Origin: Halarcobacter sp.
GTDB lineage: Bacteria; Campylobacterota; Campylobacteria; Campylobacterales; Arcobacteraceae
Direction of reading: 5' to 3'
Assembly: GCA_048571215.1 (NCBI GenBank)
Contig: CP182352.1
Coordinates: 576,001 to 640,000 of the forward strand
Length of the DNA stretch: 64,000 nt
Below the pieces are notes generated by a model, which ran no database searches, was not told where the DNA came from, and saw only the letters and a program-made list of their open reading frames with translations. This document shows, piece after piece, positions 1-10,982 of the stretch (position 1 is the first letter of the stretch; the number at the start of each line of letters is the position of its first letter). Both the position numbers and the translations under genes were made by a program.

Positions 1-3000
1 TAGTATATACAGTAAGCCAAAATAATGTAAGTGAATTTGATACAACAGTAGATTTAAGTATGACATTAAATGAAGTAGAAGTAGAAGATATCACATCAAT
101 AGTATATACAGACTCAAATGGTAATGTAGTAACCTTAGATGATGCAACAGAGATAAATAACTTCGTAACAAATGGAGCAGAATTAAAAATAGAAGCAGGA
201 GATACAAGCGCACCAGAGATAACAATCACAATAGCAAATGATGCAATATATGAGAAATCAGAAGCTTTAAGTATGAGTATTTCAAACGCAGTAAATGCAA
301 CAATAGGAACAGCAACAGATGGTGCAACAATCTATGATGAAGACTCAACAACACCAAGTAGCCCAACACCACCAGATGAGCCAGGAACACCAAGTACTCC
401 ACCAACAGATGAAAGTGGAGATAAACCAGTAGTAAATATAGAAGCAACAGATAATGATGCAGTAGAAGGGACAAGTAATAATAGCTTAGTATATACAGTA
501 AGCCAAAATAATGTAAGTGAATTTGATACAACAGTAGATTTAAGTATGACATTAAATGAAGTAGAAGTAGAAGATATCACATCAATAGTATATACAGACT
601 CAAATGGTAATGTAGTAACCTTAGATGATGCAACAGAGATAAATAACTTCGTAACAAATGGAGCAGAATTAAAAATAGAAGCAGGAGATACAAGCGCACC
701 AGAGATAACAATCACAATAGCAAATGATGCAATATATGAGAAATCAGAAGCTTTAAGTATGAGTATTTCAAACGCAGTAAATGCAACAATAGGAACAGCA
801 ACAGATGGTGCAACAATCTATGATGAAGACTCAACAACACCAAGTAGCCCAACACCACCAGATGAGCCAGGAACACCAAGTACTCCACCAACAGATGAAA
901 GTGGAGATAAACCAGTAGTAAATATAGAAGCAACAGATAATGATGCAGTAGAAGGGACAAGTAATAATAGCTTAGTATATACAGTAAGCCAAAATAATGT
1001 AAGTGAATTTGATACAACAGTAGATTTAAGTATGACATTAAATGAAGTAGAAGTAGAAGATATCACATCAATAGTATATACAGACTCAAATGGTAATGTA
1101 GTAACCTTAGATGATGCAACAGAGATAAATAACTTCGTAACAAATGGAGCAGAATTAAAAATAGAAGCAGGAGATACAAGCGCACCAGAGATAACAATCA
1201 CAATAGCAAATGATGCAATATATGAGAAATCAGAAGCTTTAAGTATGAGTATTTCAAACGCAGTAAATGCAACAATAGGAACAGCAACAGATGGTGCAAC
1301 AATCTATGATGAAGACTCAACAACACCAAGTAGCCCAACACCACCAGATGAGCCAGGAACACCAAGTACTCCACCAACAGATGAAAGTGGAGATAAACCA
1401 GTAGTAAATATAGAAGCAACAGATAATGATGCAGTAGAAGGGACAAGTAATAATAGCTTAGTATATACAGTAAGCCAAAATAATGTAAGTGAATTTGATA
1501 CAACAGTAGATTTAAGTATGACATTAAATGAAGTAGAAGTAGAAGATATCACATCAATAGTATATACAGACTCAAATGGTAATGTAGTAACCTTAGATGA
1601 TGCAACAGAGATAAATAACTTCGTAACAAATGGAGCAGAATTAAAAATAGAAGCAGGAGATACAAGCGCACCAGAGATAACAATCACAATAGCAAATGAT
1701 GCAATATATGAGAAATCAGAAGCTTTAAGTATGAGTATTTCAAACGCAGTAAATGCAACAATAGGAACAGCAACAGATGGTGCAACAATCTATGATGAAG
1801 ACTCAACAACACCAAGTAGCCCAACACCACCAGATGAGCCAGGAACACCAAGTACTCCACCAACAGATGAAAGTGGAGATAAACCAGTAGTAAATATAGA
1901 AGCAACAGATAATGATGCAGTAGAAGGGACAAGTAATAATAGCTTAGTATATACAGTAAGCCAAAATAATGTAAGTGAATTTGATACAACAGTAGATTTA
2001 AGTATGACATTAAATGAAGTAGAAGTAGAAGATATCACATCAATAGTATATACAGACTCAAATGGTAATGTAGTAACCTTAGATGATGCAACAGAGATAA
2101 ATAACTTCGTAACAAATGGAGCAGAATTAAAAATAGAAGCAGGAGATACAAGCGCACCAGAGATAACAATCACAATAGCAAATGATGCAATATATGAGAA
2201 ATCAGAAGCTTTAAGTATGAGTATTTCAAACGCAGTAAATGCAACAATAGGAACAGCAACAGATGGTGCAACAATCTATGATGAAGACTCAACAACACCA
2301 AGTAGCCCAACACCACCAGATGAGCCAGGAACACCAAGTACTCCACCAACAGATGAAAGTGGAGATAAACCAGTAGTAAATATAGAAGCAACAGATAATG
2401 ATGCAGTAGAAGGGACAAGTAATAATAGCTTAGTATATACAGTAAGCCAAAATAATGTAAGTGAATTTGATACAACAGTAGATTTAAGTATGACATTAAA
2501 TGAAGTAGAAGTAGAAGATATCACATCAATAGTATATACAGACTCAAATGGTAATGTAGTAACCTTAGATGATGCAACAGAGATAAATAACTTCGTAACA
2601 AATGGAGCAGAATTAAAAATAGAAGCAGGAGATACAAGCGCACCAGAGATAACAATCACAATAGCAAATGATGCAATATATGAGAAATCAGAAGCTTTAA
2701 GTATGAGTATTTCAAACGCAGTAAATGCAACAATAGGAACAGCAACAGATGGTGCAACAATCTATGATGAAGACTCAACAACACCAAGTAGCCCAACACC
2801 ACCAGATGAGCCAGGAACACCAAGTACTCCACCAACAGATGAAAGTGGAGATAAACCAGTAGTAAATATAGAAGCAACAGATAATGATGCAGTAGAAGGG
2901 ACAAGTAATAATAGCTTAGTATATACAGTAAGCCAAAATAATGTAAGTGAATTTGATACAACAGTAGATTTAAGTATGACATTAAATGAAGTAGAAGTAG

Positions 3001-4797
3001 AAGATATCACATCAATAGTATATACAGACTCAAATGGTAATGTAGTAACCTTAGATGATGCAACAGAGATAAATAACTTCGTAACAAATGGAGCAGAATT
3101 AAAAATAGAAGCAGGAGATACAAGCGCACCAGAGATAACAATCACAATAGCAAATGATGCAATATATGAGAAATCAGAAGCTTTAAGTATGAGTATTTCA
3201 AACGCAGTAAATGCAACAATAGGAACAGCAACAGATGGTGCAACAATCTATGATGAAGACTCAACAACACCAAGTAGCCCAACACCACCAGATGAGCCAG
3301 GAACACCAAGTACTCCACCAACAGATGAAAGTGGAGATAAACCAGTAGTAAATATAGAAGCAACAGATAATGATGCAGTAGAAGGGACAAGTAATAATAG
3401 CTTAGTATATACAGTAAGCCAAAATAATGTAAGTGAATTTGATACAACAGTAGATTTAAGTATGACATTAAATGAAGTAGAAGTAGAAGATATCACATCA
3501 ATAGTATATACAGACTCAAATGGTAATGTAGTAACCTTAGATGATGCAACAGAGATAAATAACTTCGTAACAAATGGAGCAGAATTAAAAATAGAAGCAG
3601 GAGATACAAGCGCACCAGAGATAACAATCACAATAGCAAATGATGCAATATATGAGAAATCAGAAGCTTTAAGTATGAGTATTTCAAACGCAGTAAATGC
3701 AACAATAGGAACAGCAACAGATGGTGCAACAATCTATGATGAAGACTCAACAACACCAAGTAGCCCAACACCACCAGATGAGCCAGGAACACCAAGTACT
3801 CCACCAACAGATGAAAGTGGAGATAAACCAGTAGTAAATATAGAAGCAACAGATAATGATGCAGTAGAAGGGACAAGTAATAATAGCTTAGTATATACAG
3901 TAAGCCAAAATAATGTAAGTGAATTTGATACAACAGTAGATTTAAGTATGACATTAAATGAAGTAGAAGTAGAAGATATCACATCAATAGTATATACAGA
4001 CTCAAATGGTAATGTAGTAACCTTAGATGATGCAACAGAGATAAATAACTTCGTAACAAATGGAGCAGAATTAAAAATAGAAGCAGGAGATACAAGCGCA
4101 CCAGAGATAACAATCACAATAGCAAATGATGCAATATATGAGAAATCAGAAGCTTTAAGTATGAGTATTTCAAACGCAGTAAATGCAACAATAGGAACAG
4201 CAACAGATGGTGCAACAATCTATGATGAAGACTCAACAACACCAAGTAGCCCAACACCACCAGATGAGCCAGGAACACCAAGTACTCCACCAACAGATGA
4301 AAGTGGAGATAAACCAGTAGTAAATATAGAAGCAACAGATAATGATGCAGTAGAAGGGACAAGTAATAATAGCTTAGTATATACAGTAAGCCAAAATAAT
4401 GTAAGTGAATTTGATACAACAGTAGATTTAAGTATGACATTAAATGAAGTAGAAGTAGAAGATATCACATCAATAGTATATACAGACTCAAATGGTAATG
4501 TAGTAACCTTAGATGATGCAACAGAGATAAATAACTTCGTAACAAATGGAGCAGAATTAAAAATAGAAGCAGGAGATACAAGCGCACCAGAGATAACAAT
4601 CACAATAGCAAATGATGCAATATATGAGAAATCAGAAGCTTTAAGTATGAGTATTTCAAACGCAGTAAATGCAACAATAGGAACAGCAACAGATGGTGCA
4701 ACAATCTATGATGAAGACTCAACAACACCAAGTAGCCCAACACCACCAGATGAGCCAGGAACACCAAGTACTCCACCAACAGATGAAAGTGGAGATA
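1..4797 (+). repeat. Tandem 486-bp intragenic repeat, about 9.9 copies in window
   Basis: Translation recurs every 162 aa and antisense shadow ORFs recur every 486 nt. Identity breaks at 4798 (GGAGATA-AAC vs GGAGATA-TGC). Confidence 0.97.
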
Positions 4798-7172
4798 TGC
4801 CTACTTTAAATGTAAGTGATGTAACTGTTACAGAGGGAACTGATTCTTATGCACAATTTACAGTAAGTTTATCAAATGAAAGTATTCAAGATGTTTCATT
4901 TAATCTAACATTATCTGATGTAACCGCTACAGGAACAGGTACAGATTATGGTAGTAATACAGCAACAAATATTCAAGTGTCTACTGATGGTGGAACAACT
5001 TGGACTAATGCAGCAAGTACAACTATTACTGCTGGAAATACATCTGTTTTAGTAAGAACACCAATTTTAAATGATCTTGATGTTGAGGCAGATGAGACTT
5101 TTAAATTAACTGCAACTGTAACTTCAGGAGATGTTATAAATACAACTAATCCTTTTGGTACTGGTACTATTATAGATAATGATACAAATGTATCAATTGG
5201 TACCCCAGATGATTCTTCTGTTGATGAGGATGATTTAAGTGATGGAAATGATACTTCAAAAGAGAGCTTGATTAAGACTGGTAGTTTAGATATTACAAGT
5301 GGTTCTGATAGTTTTGATACAACATTTAATTTAACTGATATAAATGGTAATTCTATAAGTGAAGGTGGAGATAGTGGATTAACTTCTGGTGGAAATACAG
5401 TTTATTATTATTTAGATGATACAAGCAAACAATTAACTGCATCAACTTCAAATACAGAAGGAGGGATCTTGGGTTCTAATACAGTATTTACTGTTTCTTT
5501 AAATAATACCACATCAAATAGTGCCTCATATGAGTTTGAATTAAAAGATGCAATTGATCATGTACCAGGAAATGGCGAAAATATAGAAACAATAGATTTT
5601 AAATTTACAACTGAACAAGATAATGGCTACAGTGAAAGTAAAACATTTAGTGTTAATGTAGTTGATGATGTACCAACAGTCTATGATAATAATGATTCAG
5701 TATTTATAGGACCAAAAACTACAAACTTGATATTAATACTTGATGCATCTGGAAGTATGGGATATGATTTTGCTCAAAATAGTGGAAGTTCTAATGAAAG
5801 ATTAAATGCAATGAAATCATCTGCTGAGGCTATGATTAACGGTTACTCTGATTTGGGAAATGTAAATGTTATGGTAACTTATTTTAGTGGAAGTAATATA
5901 GTTACTTTTACAGGTAGTGGGTCTATCACAAACACTCAAAATTCATTTGATCTTGCTACTAACAATGTATGGTTAGATTCTTCAACAGCAGTATCAAAGA
6001 TTGATACTATAAGTGCTAATAATAATACATATTATTCAGAGGCAATGGATAGAACATCTGAAGCTTTTACAAGAACATATGCTAATGGAGATACTCCTGA
6101 TGCTGATTTTACATATGTTTATTTTATGTCTGATGGTGATCCAACAGGTGGACATGAACCTACAAATTCTACAAAATGGGATGATTTTGTTAATTTAAAA
6201 GATTCTCAAGGTAATTATATAGTTGATGGAGTTGATGCAGTTGGAATAACTTCAAATGTTGCAACTTCACATTTAAATGTTGTCGCAGGAACTGATTCAG
6301 CTGATAGTTTAGGATTAGATAGGGATGGTGATGTTTATACTGTAACAAGTGCTGCAGAAATGGAAACTAAACTTCTTGGAGAAACAACAGTTACTATTGC
6401 AGGAAATATATTTACTGATGGAAACTTTACACTTATTGGAGAGGGTGCAGATGGGTCTTATGTTACTTCAATAGAGATTGGAGCTAAAACATATAGTTAT
6501 GATGGTACAACAATTAAAGATGAATTAAATGCTACAATTGGTTCTAATGGAGTGATGACTGATATTGATACCACTTTAACAGATGGTGTTAATGGAATAG
6601 GTTCAAAATTTGTGTCATTTAATTTTGAAACAGGGGAGTATTCATATAGAATTAATTCAACATTAGCAGGTAATGAATATAGTGAATCATTTAATACCAT
6701 TGTAAAAGATGGTGATGGGGATATCCAAACAAAAGATATTACATTAAAAATTAATACTATTGTTGATGGAACAACTGGTGATGATACTATGATGTTTGAT
6801 GATGTTATTTTAGATTTTAAAGCAGGTACAGATAGTTTAGTACTTGATAGTGGTATTGATTTAAATTTTGATACATCTGCATCTCAAATTGATAATGTGG
6901 AAAAAATAGATTTAAATTCAAATGGGGATCATACTTTAAATAATCTTGGAATTCAAGATCTTATTGATATAACAGATTCTAATAACGAACTACAAATATT
7001 AGGTAATTCTGGTGATACTGTAAATCTTAAAAATGCAGATGGTGGTAATTGGACTGATTCAGGAATCAATGAAACAATTGATGGTCAAGATTATGATATA
7101 TATACAAAATCTGGTGATAGTACAGCAGTTACACTAAAGATAGACCAAGATATAAACACAAATATAATATAA
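3..7172 (+). CDS. Giant repetitive T1SS-secreted adhesin (LapA/RTX-adhesin-like), 5'-truncated by window edge
   Basis: Frame open from nt 3. Acidic Ig/Calx-beta-like 162-aa repeats, vWA MIDAS motif (LILILDASGSMG, ~5725-5760), T1SS-type C-terminus. Lies upstream of lapE/G/D/B/C-like genes. Confidence 0.92.
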   Translation, partial: VYTVSQNNVSEFDTTVDLSMTLNEVEVEDITSIVYTDSNGNVVTLDDATEINNFVTNGAELKIEAGDTSAPEITITIANDAIYEKSEALSMSISNAVNATIGTATDGATIYDEDSTTPSSPTPPDEPGTPSTPPTDESGDKPVVNIEATDNDAVEGTSNNSLVYTVSQNNVSEFDTTVDLSMTLNEVEVEDITSIVYTDSNGNVVTLDDATEINNFVTNGAELKIEAGDTSAPEITITIANDAIYEKSEALSMSISNAVNATIGTATDGATIYDEDSTTPSSPTPPDEPGTPSTPPTDESGDKPVVNIEATDNDAVEGTSNNSLVYTVSQNNVSEFDTTVDLSMTLNEVEVEDITSIVYTDSNGNVVTLDDATEINNFVTNGAELKIEAGDTSAPEITITIANDAIYEKSEALSMSISNAVNATIGTATDGATIYDEDSTTPSSPTPPDEPGTPSTPPTDESGDKPVVNIEATDNDAVEGTSNNSLVYTVSQNNVSEFDTTVDLSMTLNEVEVEDITSIVYTDSNGNVVTLDDATEINNFVTNGAELKIEAGDTSAPEITITIANDAIYEKSEALSMSISNAVNATIGTATDGATIYDEDSTTPSSPTPPDEPGTPSTPPTDESGDKPVVNIEATDNDAVEGTSNNSLVYTVSQNNVSEFDTTVDLSMTLNEVEVEDITSIVYTDSNGNVVTLDDATEINNFVTNGAELKIEAGDTSAPEITITIANDAIYEKSEALSMSISNAVNATIGTATDGATIYDEDSTTPSSPTPPDEPGTPSTPPTDESGDKPVVNIEATDNDAVEGTSNNSLVYTVSQNNVSEFDTTVDLSMTLNEVEVEDITSIVYTDSNGNVVTLDDATEINNFVTNGAELKIEAGDTSAPEITITIANDAIYEKSEALSMSISNAVNATIGTATDGATIYDEDSTTPSSPTPPDEPGTPSTPPTDESGDKPVVNIEATDNDAVEGTSNNSLVYTVSQNNVSEFDTTVDLSMTLNEVEVEDITSIVYTDSNGNVVTLDDATEINNFVTNGAELKIEAGDTSAPEITITIANDAIYEKSEALSMSISNAVNATIGTATDGATIYDEDSTTPSSPTPPDEPGTPSTPPTDESGDKPVVNIEATDNDAVEGTSNNSLVYTVSQNNVSEFDTTVDLSMTLNEVEVEDITSIVYTDSNGNVVTLDDATEINNFVTNGAELKIEAGDTSAPEITITIANDAIYEKSEALSMSISNAVNATIGTATDGATIYDEDSTTPSSPTPPDEPGTPSTPPTDESGDKPVVNIEATDNDAVEGTSNNSLVYTVSQNNVSEFDTTVDLSMTLNEVEVEDITSIVYTDSNGNVVTLDDATEINNFVTNGAELKIEAGDTSAPEITITIANDAIYEKSEALSMSISNAVNATIGTATDGATIYDEDSTTPSSPTPPDEPGTPSTPPTDESGDKPVVNIEATDNDAVEGTSNNSLVYTVSQNNVSEFDTTVDLSMTLNEVEVEDITSIVYTDSNGNVVTLDDATEINNFVTNGAELKIEAGDTSAPEITITIANDAIYEKSEALSMSISNAVNATIGTATDGATIYDEDSTTPSSPTPPDEPGTPSTPPTDESGDMPTLNVSDVTVTEGTDSYAQFTVSLSNESIQDVSFNLTLSDVTATGTGTDYGSNTATNIQVSTDGGTTWTNAASTTITAGNTSVLVRTPILNDLDVEADETFKLTATVTSGDVINTTNPFGTGTIIDNDTNVSIGTPDDSSVDEDDLSDGNDTSKESLIKTGSLDITSGSDSFDTTFNLTDINGNSISEGGDSGLTSGGNTVYYYLDDTSKQLTASTSNTEGGILGSNTVFTVSLNNTTSNSASYEFELKDAIDHVPGNGENIETIDFKFTTEQDNGYSESKTFSVNVVDDVPTVYDNNDSVFIGPKTTNLILILDASGSMGYDFAQNSGSSNERLNAMKSSAEAMINGYSDLGNVNVMVTYFSGSNIVTFTGSGSITNTQNSFDLATNNVWLDSSTAVSKIDTISANNNTYYSEAMDRTSEAFTRTYANGDTPDADFTYVYFMSDGDPTGGHEPTNSTKWDDFVNLKDSQGNYIVDGVDAVGITSNVATSHLNVVAGTDSADSLGLDRDGDVYTVTSAAEMETKLLGETTVTIAGNIFTDGNFTLIGEGADGSYVTSIEIGAKTYSYDGTTIKDELNATIGSNGVMTDIDTTLTDGVNGIGSKFVSFNFETGEYSYRINSTLAGNEYSESFNTIVKDGDGDIQTKDITLKINTIVDGTTGDDTMMFDDVILDFKAGTDSLVLDSGIDLNFDTSASQIDNVEKIDLNSNGDHTLNNLGIQDLIDITDSNNELQILGNSGDTVNLKNADGGNWTDSGINETIDGQDYDIYTKSGDSTAVTLKIDQDINTNII

Positions 7173-7193
7173 TAACAAACTTAGGAGTTTTTG

Positions 7194-7796
7194 ATGAATT
7201 TGAAAAGAGTAGTAGCTTTATCAGTTTTAGGGTTAACGGTTAGTTTAAATGCGAGTTTTATTTCAGCAATTAGTGGAAATGATACAACAGTAGAAAACGA
7301 GGTAAAACCAAGAGGTGTGATTGTTAAACAAGATATAGATGGTGATGGTATCATTGATAGTGAAGATGATTGCCTTGAAACAAACCCTTGTGGTAAAGAA
7401 GGCTGTGTAAAGCCCACAGAAGTTCCTAAAACTAAAATAGTAGAGGATAAGATTAAAATAACTGAACTAAATGTATTTTTTGATGTAGATGAATATGTGA
7501 TAAAAGAAGATTTTATTGAAAAAATTAAACAATTAATTGGGTTTTTAGATAAGAATCAAAACAACAAAGTGTTAATTAAAGGTTATGCAGATAGTGATGG
7601 AACAAATGTACATAACATGGAATTATCAAAAAATAGAGCAAATGCTGTAAAAAATTATATTTTGAATAACAGCAAAATTGATGAAAGTAGAATAAGTACT
7701 GAGTGGTATGGGGAGGAAAAACCATTTAATGATAATGTAACAGAAAAACAAAAAGAACAAAATAGAAGAGTTATTGTAATTTTAAATAATAAATAG
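7194..7796 (+). CDS. OmpA-family peptidoglycan-binding protein with a TSP3-like Ca-binding motif
   Basis: Signal peptide, DIDGDGIIDSEDDC, OmpA_C motifs (GYAD...N..LS..RA..V; G...P...N; NRRV). GGAG RBS precedes the ATG at 7194. Confidence 0.88.
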   Translation: MNLKRVVALSVLGLTVSLNASFISAISGNDTTVENEVKPRGVIVKQDIDGDGIIDSEDDCLETNPCGKEGCVKPTEVPKTKIVEDKIKITELNVFFDVDEYVIKEDFIEKIKQLIGFLDKNQNNKVLIKGYADSDGTNVHNMELSKNRANAVKNYILNNSKIDESRISTEWYGEEKPFNDNVTEKQKEQNRRVIVILNNK

Positions 7797-7804
7797 ATAG
7801 TTAA

Positions 7805-10177
7805 ATGGATAATTTTAAATGGATATTACTATATTGTCTTATATTTAATATATCATTATTTTCAAAAGATATCTCTTTTACAAAAGAGGAACAAGAGTTT
7901 ATAAAAAATAATCCTATTATTACATTTAGTGATGTAAAATGGGAGCCTTTTGCAAAAATTGAAAATGGTAAATATAGTGGTATATTTAAAGAGTATTATT
8001 CTATTTTAGAAAAGAAAACAGGACTAAAATTTAATTTTATTAAAATTGGTAATGGGGTCAATTTTCAATTAGTCTTAGATGCTTTAAAAAATAAACGTAT
8101 AGATATGATTGATGGGAGTGGTAAAACACTAGATAGAAAAAGTTATGCATTTTTTTCAAAACCTTTGATGCGAGTAAATTTTTCTATTGTTAGTAAATCT
8201 ACTAATAGAATAGATAGCTTACAAAAACTAAAAAAATCAAAAATTGTAGTGGCAAAAGGTAGTACAGCTTCAGAATATTTAAAAGAAAAATTTCCAAAAA
8301 AAGAGTTTATTTTTACGGATGGTATAGAGGATGGTTTAAATTTAGTATCAACAAATAAAGCTGATGCTTTAGTTGATAATATAGTTGTATTAGATCATAT
8401 CCTTGAAAATAAATTTTCTTCTTCTATTTTGCATATTGATATAATAGAAGAAGAAAACTTTGATATCTATGCATTAGTAAGAGATGATTACCCTTTATTA
8501 AAATCAATTTTAGACAAAGCTATACTTTCAATTTCATATGAAGAGTTATTATCTATAAATAATAAACTTTTATTAGCAACTATAAATAATTCGAAAAAGA
8601 TTACTAAACTTCCTTATTCAAAAAAAGAGTTAGAATATTTATCAAATAGAGACAGTATAACTATGTGTATTGATCCAAATGGAATGCCATATGATGGTAT
8701 AAAAAATAAGAGCCAAATAGGAATAAATAAAGATTTTATTAAAATGATTGAAAATGATATAAATAAAAAGATAAGATTAGTTCCTACAAAAACTTGGAGT
8801 GATTCTTTGAACTATTTTAAAGCTGGAAAATGTGAAATTATCTCCTTGATTGCAGCTACAAAATTGAGAAATAAGTATATGAATTTTACATCACCATATT
8901 TAGATAGTTCCATTACTTTAGCTACTAGAAGTGGTTCTCCATCTATTGTAAATATAAGTTCTTTAGAAAATAAAAAAATTGCAATTGTAAAAAATTATGC
9001 TACATATGATATTGTAAAAGAGATTTATCCAAATTTAAAAATAGTAGAAGTAGAAACTTTAAATGATGGACTAATAAAAATAAAAGATGGTAATGTTTTT
9101 GGAGTTATAGATAGTTTAGTAAGTATTAATTATCACTTACAAAAGTCCTTCTTTAGTGATATAAAAATTAATGCAATTTTAGATAAGAAGTTAAATCTAT
9201 CTTTTGGAGTTAATAAAAAAGATAAACTACTTTTTTCGATTCTTGAAAAGGCAGTATTGGGCATAAAAGAAAGAGATAAACAAGTTATAATGAATCAATG
9301 GTTTAATAAAGATTATAAAAAAGAGGTTTATTCTGAAATATTTTGGAAAATTTTAGCTATATTATTTTTATTATTACTTTTTTTGTTATATAGACATTAT
9401 GAAACAAGAAGAGTAAATATAGATTTGAAAATCAAAGTTGATAAAGAGCTAAAAAAATCAAGAGAGAAAGATGAAATTATATTTCATCAGAATAAAATGG
9501 TATCCATGGGGCAAATGTTGGAAAATATTGCGCATCAATGGAGACAACCACTATCACAAATTAACTCTTCGGTTTTAGTTATTGATCAAGCTTTAAAAAC
9601 AAATAATATTAAAAATAAAATGATTAATAAAAAATTAGATGAGATTGAATCTATGACAAATTATATGTCAAATACAATTGATGACTTTAAAAGTTTTATA
9701 AAAAGAAATGAGAATAGTGTAGAGTTTAATTTACTTGATAGTATAAAAAGGAGTATTAATATAGTTGAGGGTGCGTATACCCATAGTGGCATAGAACTTG
9801 AACTTGAAGCACCAAATAATATATACTTACATGGTTATCCAAATGATATACAACAGGCATTGATTGTTATTTTAAATAATGCTAGAGATGCTGTCTTAGG
9901 AGATAAAATTGAAAAACCAAAAGTTACAATTATGGTGAAAAAAGATACAGACTTTGTATATATATATATTGAGGATAATGCAAAAGGTATAAAAAAAGAG
10001 GTATTAGATAAGATATTTGAGCCTTATTTCACAACTAAACCTCAAACAAAAGGGAGTGGTCTAGGTTTATATTTATCGAAAAAAATTATAGAAGAAAGTA
10101 TGCAAGGAGACTTGCAAGCAAATAATACTAATTTTGGTGCACAATTTATAATAAAACTAAGGAATAAAATTGAATAA
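7805..10177 (+). CDS. Sensor histidine kinase with two periplasmic SBP-family-3 domains
   Basis: Two SBP-like repeats, TM, H-box AHQWRQPL, FEPYFTTK, GSGLGL. Confidence 0.92.
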   Translation: MDNFKWILLYCLIFNISLFSKDISFTKEEQEFIKNNPIITFSDVKWEPFAKIENGKYSGIFKEYYSILEKKTGLKFNFIKIGNGVNFQLVLDALKNKRIDMIDGSGKTLDRKSYAFFSKPLMRVNFSIVSKSTNRIDSLQKLKKSKIVVAKGSTASEYLKEKFPKKEFIFTDGIEDGLNLVSTNKADALVDNIVVLDHILENKFSSSILHIDIIEEENFDIYALVRDDYPLLKSILDKAILSISYEELLSINNKLLLATINNSKKITKLPYSKKELEYLSNRDSITMCIDPNGMPYDGIKNKSQIGINKDFIKMIENDINKKIRLVPTKTWSDSLNYFKAGKCEIISLIAATKLRNKYMNFTSPYLDSSITLATRSGSPSIVNISSLENKKIAIVKNYATYDIVKEIYPNLKIVEVETLNDGLIKIKDGNVFGVIDSLVSINYHLQKSFFSDIKINAILDKKLNLSFGVNKKDKLLFSILEKAVLGIKERDKQVIMNQWFNKDYKKEVYSEIFWKILAILFLLLLFLLYRHYETRRVNIDLKIKVDKELKKSREKDEIIFHQNKMVSMGQMLENIAHQWRQPLSQINSSVLVIDQALKTNNIKNKMINKKLDEIESMTNYMSNTIDDFKSFIKRNENSVEFNLLDSIKRSINIVEGAYTHSGIELELEAPNNIYLHGYPNDIQQALIVILNNARDAVLGDKIEKPKVTIMVKKDTDFVYIYIEDNAKGIKKEVLDKIFEPYFTTKPQTKGSGLGLYLSKKIIEESMQGDLQANNTNFGAQFIIKLRNKIE

Positions 10178-10862
10178 GATAAATAAATTGCCTTATACAA
10201 TATTATTTGTTGAAGATGAAGATATAATAAGAGAAAATTATAGTTTATTTTTAGAACAAAATTTCACTAAAGTAATAACTGCTTGTGATGGTTTAGAAGC
10301 ATATGAATCTTATGTAAAACATAATCCAGATATTTTAATTTTAGATATAAATATTCCTAAAATTAATGGTCTGGATGTTTTGAAAAAAATAAGAAAAGAT
10401 GATTTTAATACTAAGGTGATAATCCTAACTGCCCATACAGATGTGTTATATTTGCTTGAGGCTTCAGAGTTAAAATTAAGTAAATATCTTGTAAAACCAA
10501 TAACAAGAAAAAAATTGCAAGAGAGTTTAGACTCAGTAATAGATGAGATGTCTAAATATAAAGTTATAAATATACACAAAATAACAATTAACAAAGAGTT
10601 TTATTGGGATAAGAAGAATAGTGAATTAGTAAAAAATAATAAAATTGTAGATTTAACTGTTCAAGAAAAAAGATTGTTAGAACTTTTTTTTGAAAATATA
10701 AATGTTTCACTTAATTATGAAACTATTATTTGTACTATTTGGTATGATTCTGAATATTACAAAATAGATTCTTTAAAAACAGCAATAAAAAATTTAAGAA
10801 GAAAATTACCTAAGGGCTTGATCCAAAACATATATTCCTTTGGGTATAAATTGGTACTCTAA
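10170..10862 (+). CDS. OmpR-family response regulator
   Basis: VEDE...LDINIP receiver domain; wHTH ending in GYKL; overlaps the kinase stop. Confidence 0.92.
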   Translation: MNKINKLPYTILFVEDEDIIRENYSLFLEQNFTKVITACDGLEAYESYVKHNPDILILDINIPKINGLDVLKKIRKDDFNTKVIILTAHTDVLYLLEASELKLSKYLVKPITRKKLQESLDSVIDEMSKYKVINIHKITINKEFYWDKKNSELVKNNKIVDLTVQEKRLLELFFENINVSLNYETIICTIWYDSEYYKIDSLKTAIKNLRRKLPKGLIQNIYSFGYKLVL

Positions 10863-10982
10863 CCTTAAAGTTAGATTAAAATTGTTTAAATAACAAAAAA
10901 CTGTGATAAACTCACTTTTCCCTTACTTTTATAAGTTATAATAATAGTTATAAAATTATTATCAAGTTAAAATGGAGTTGCA

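Noticed and set aside
226..4603. Recurring 108-aa and 127-aa minus-strand ORFs
   Set aside because: Antisense shadows of the adhesin repeat, caused by its A-rich codon bias.
1..4797. Repeat array as CRISPR or a noncoding array
   Set aside because: No spacers; the 486-bp unit is in frame and protein-coding.
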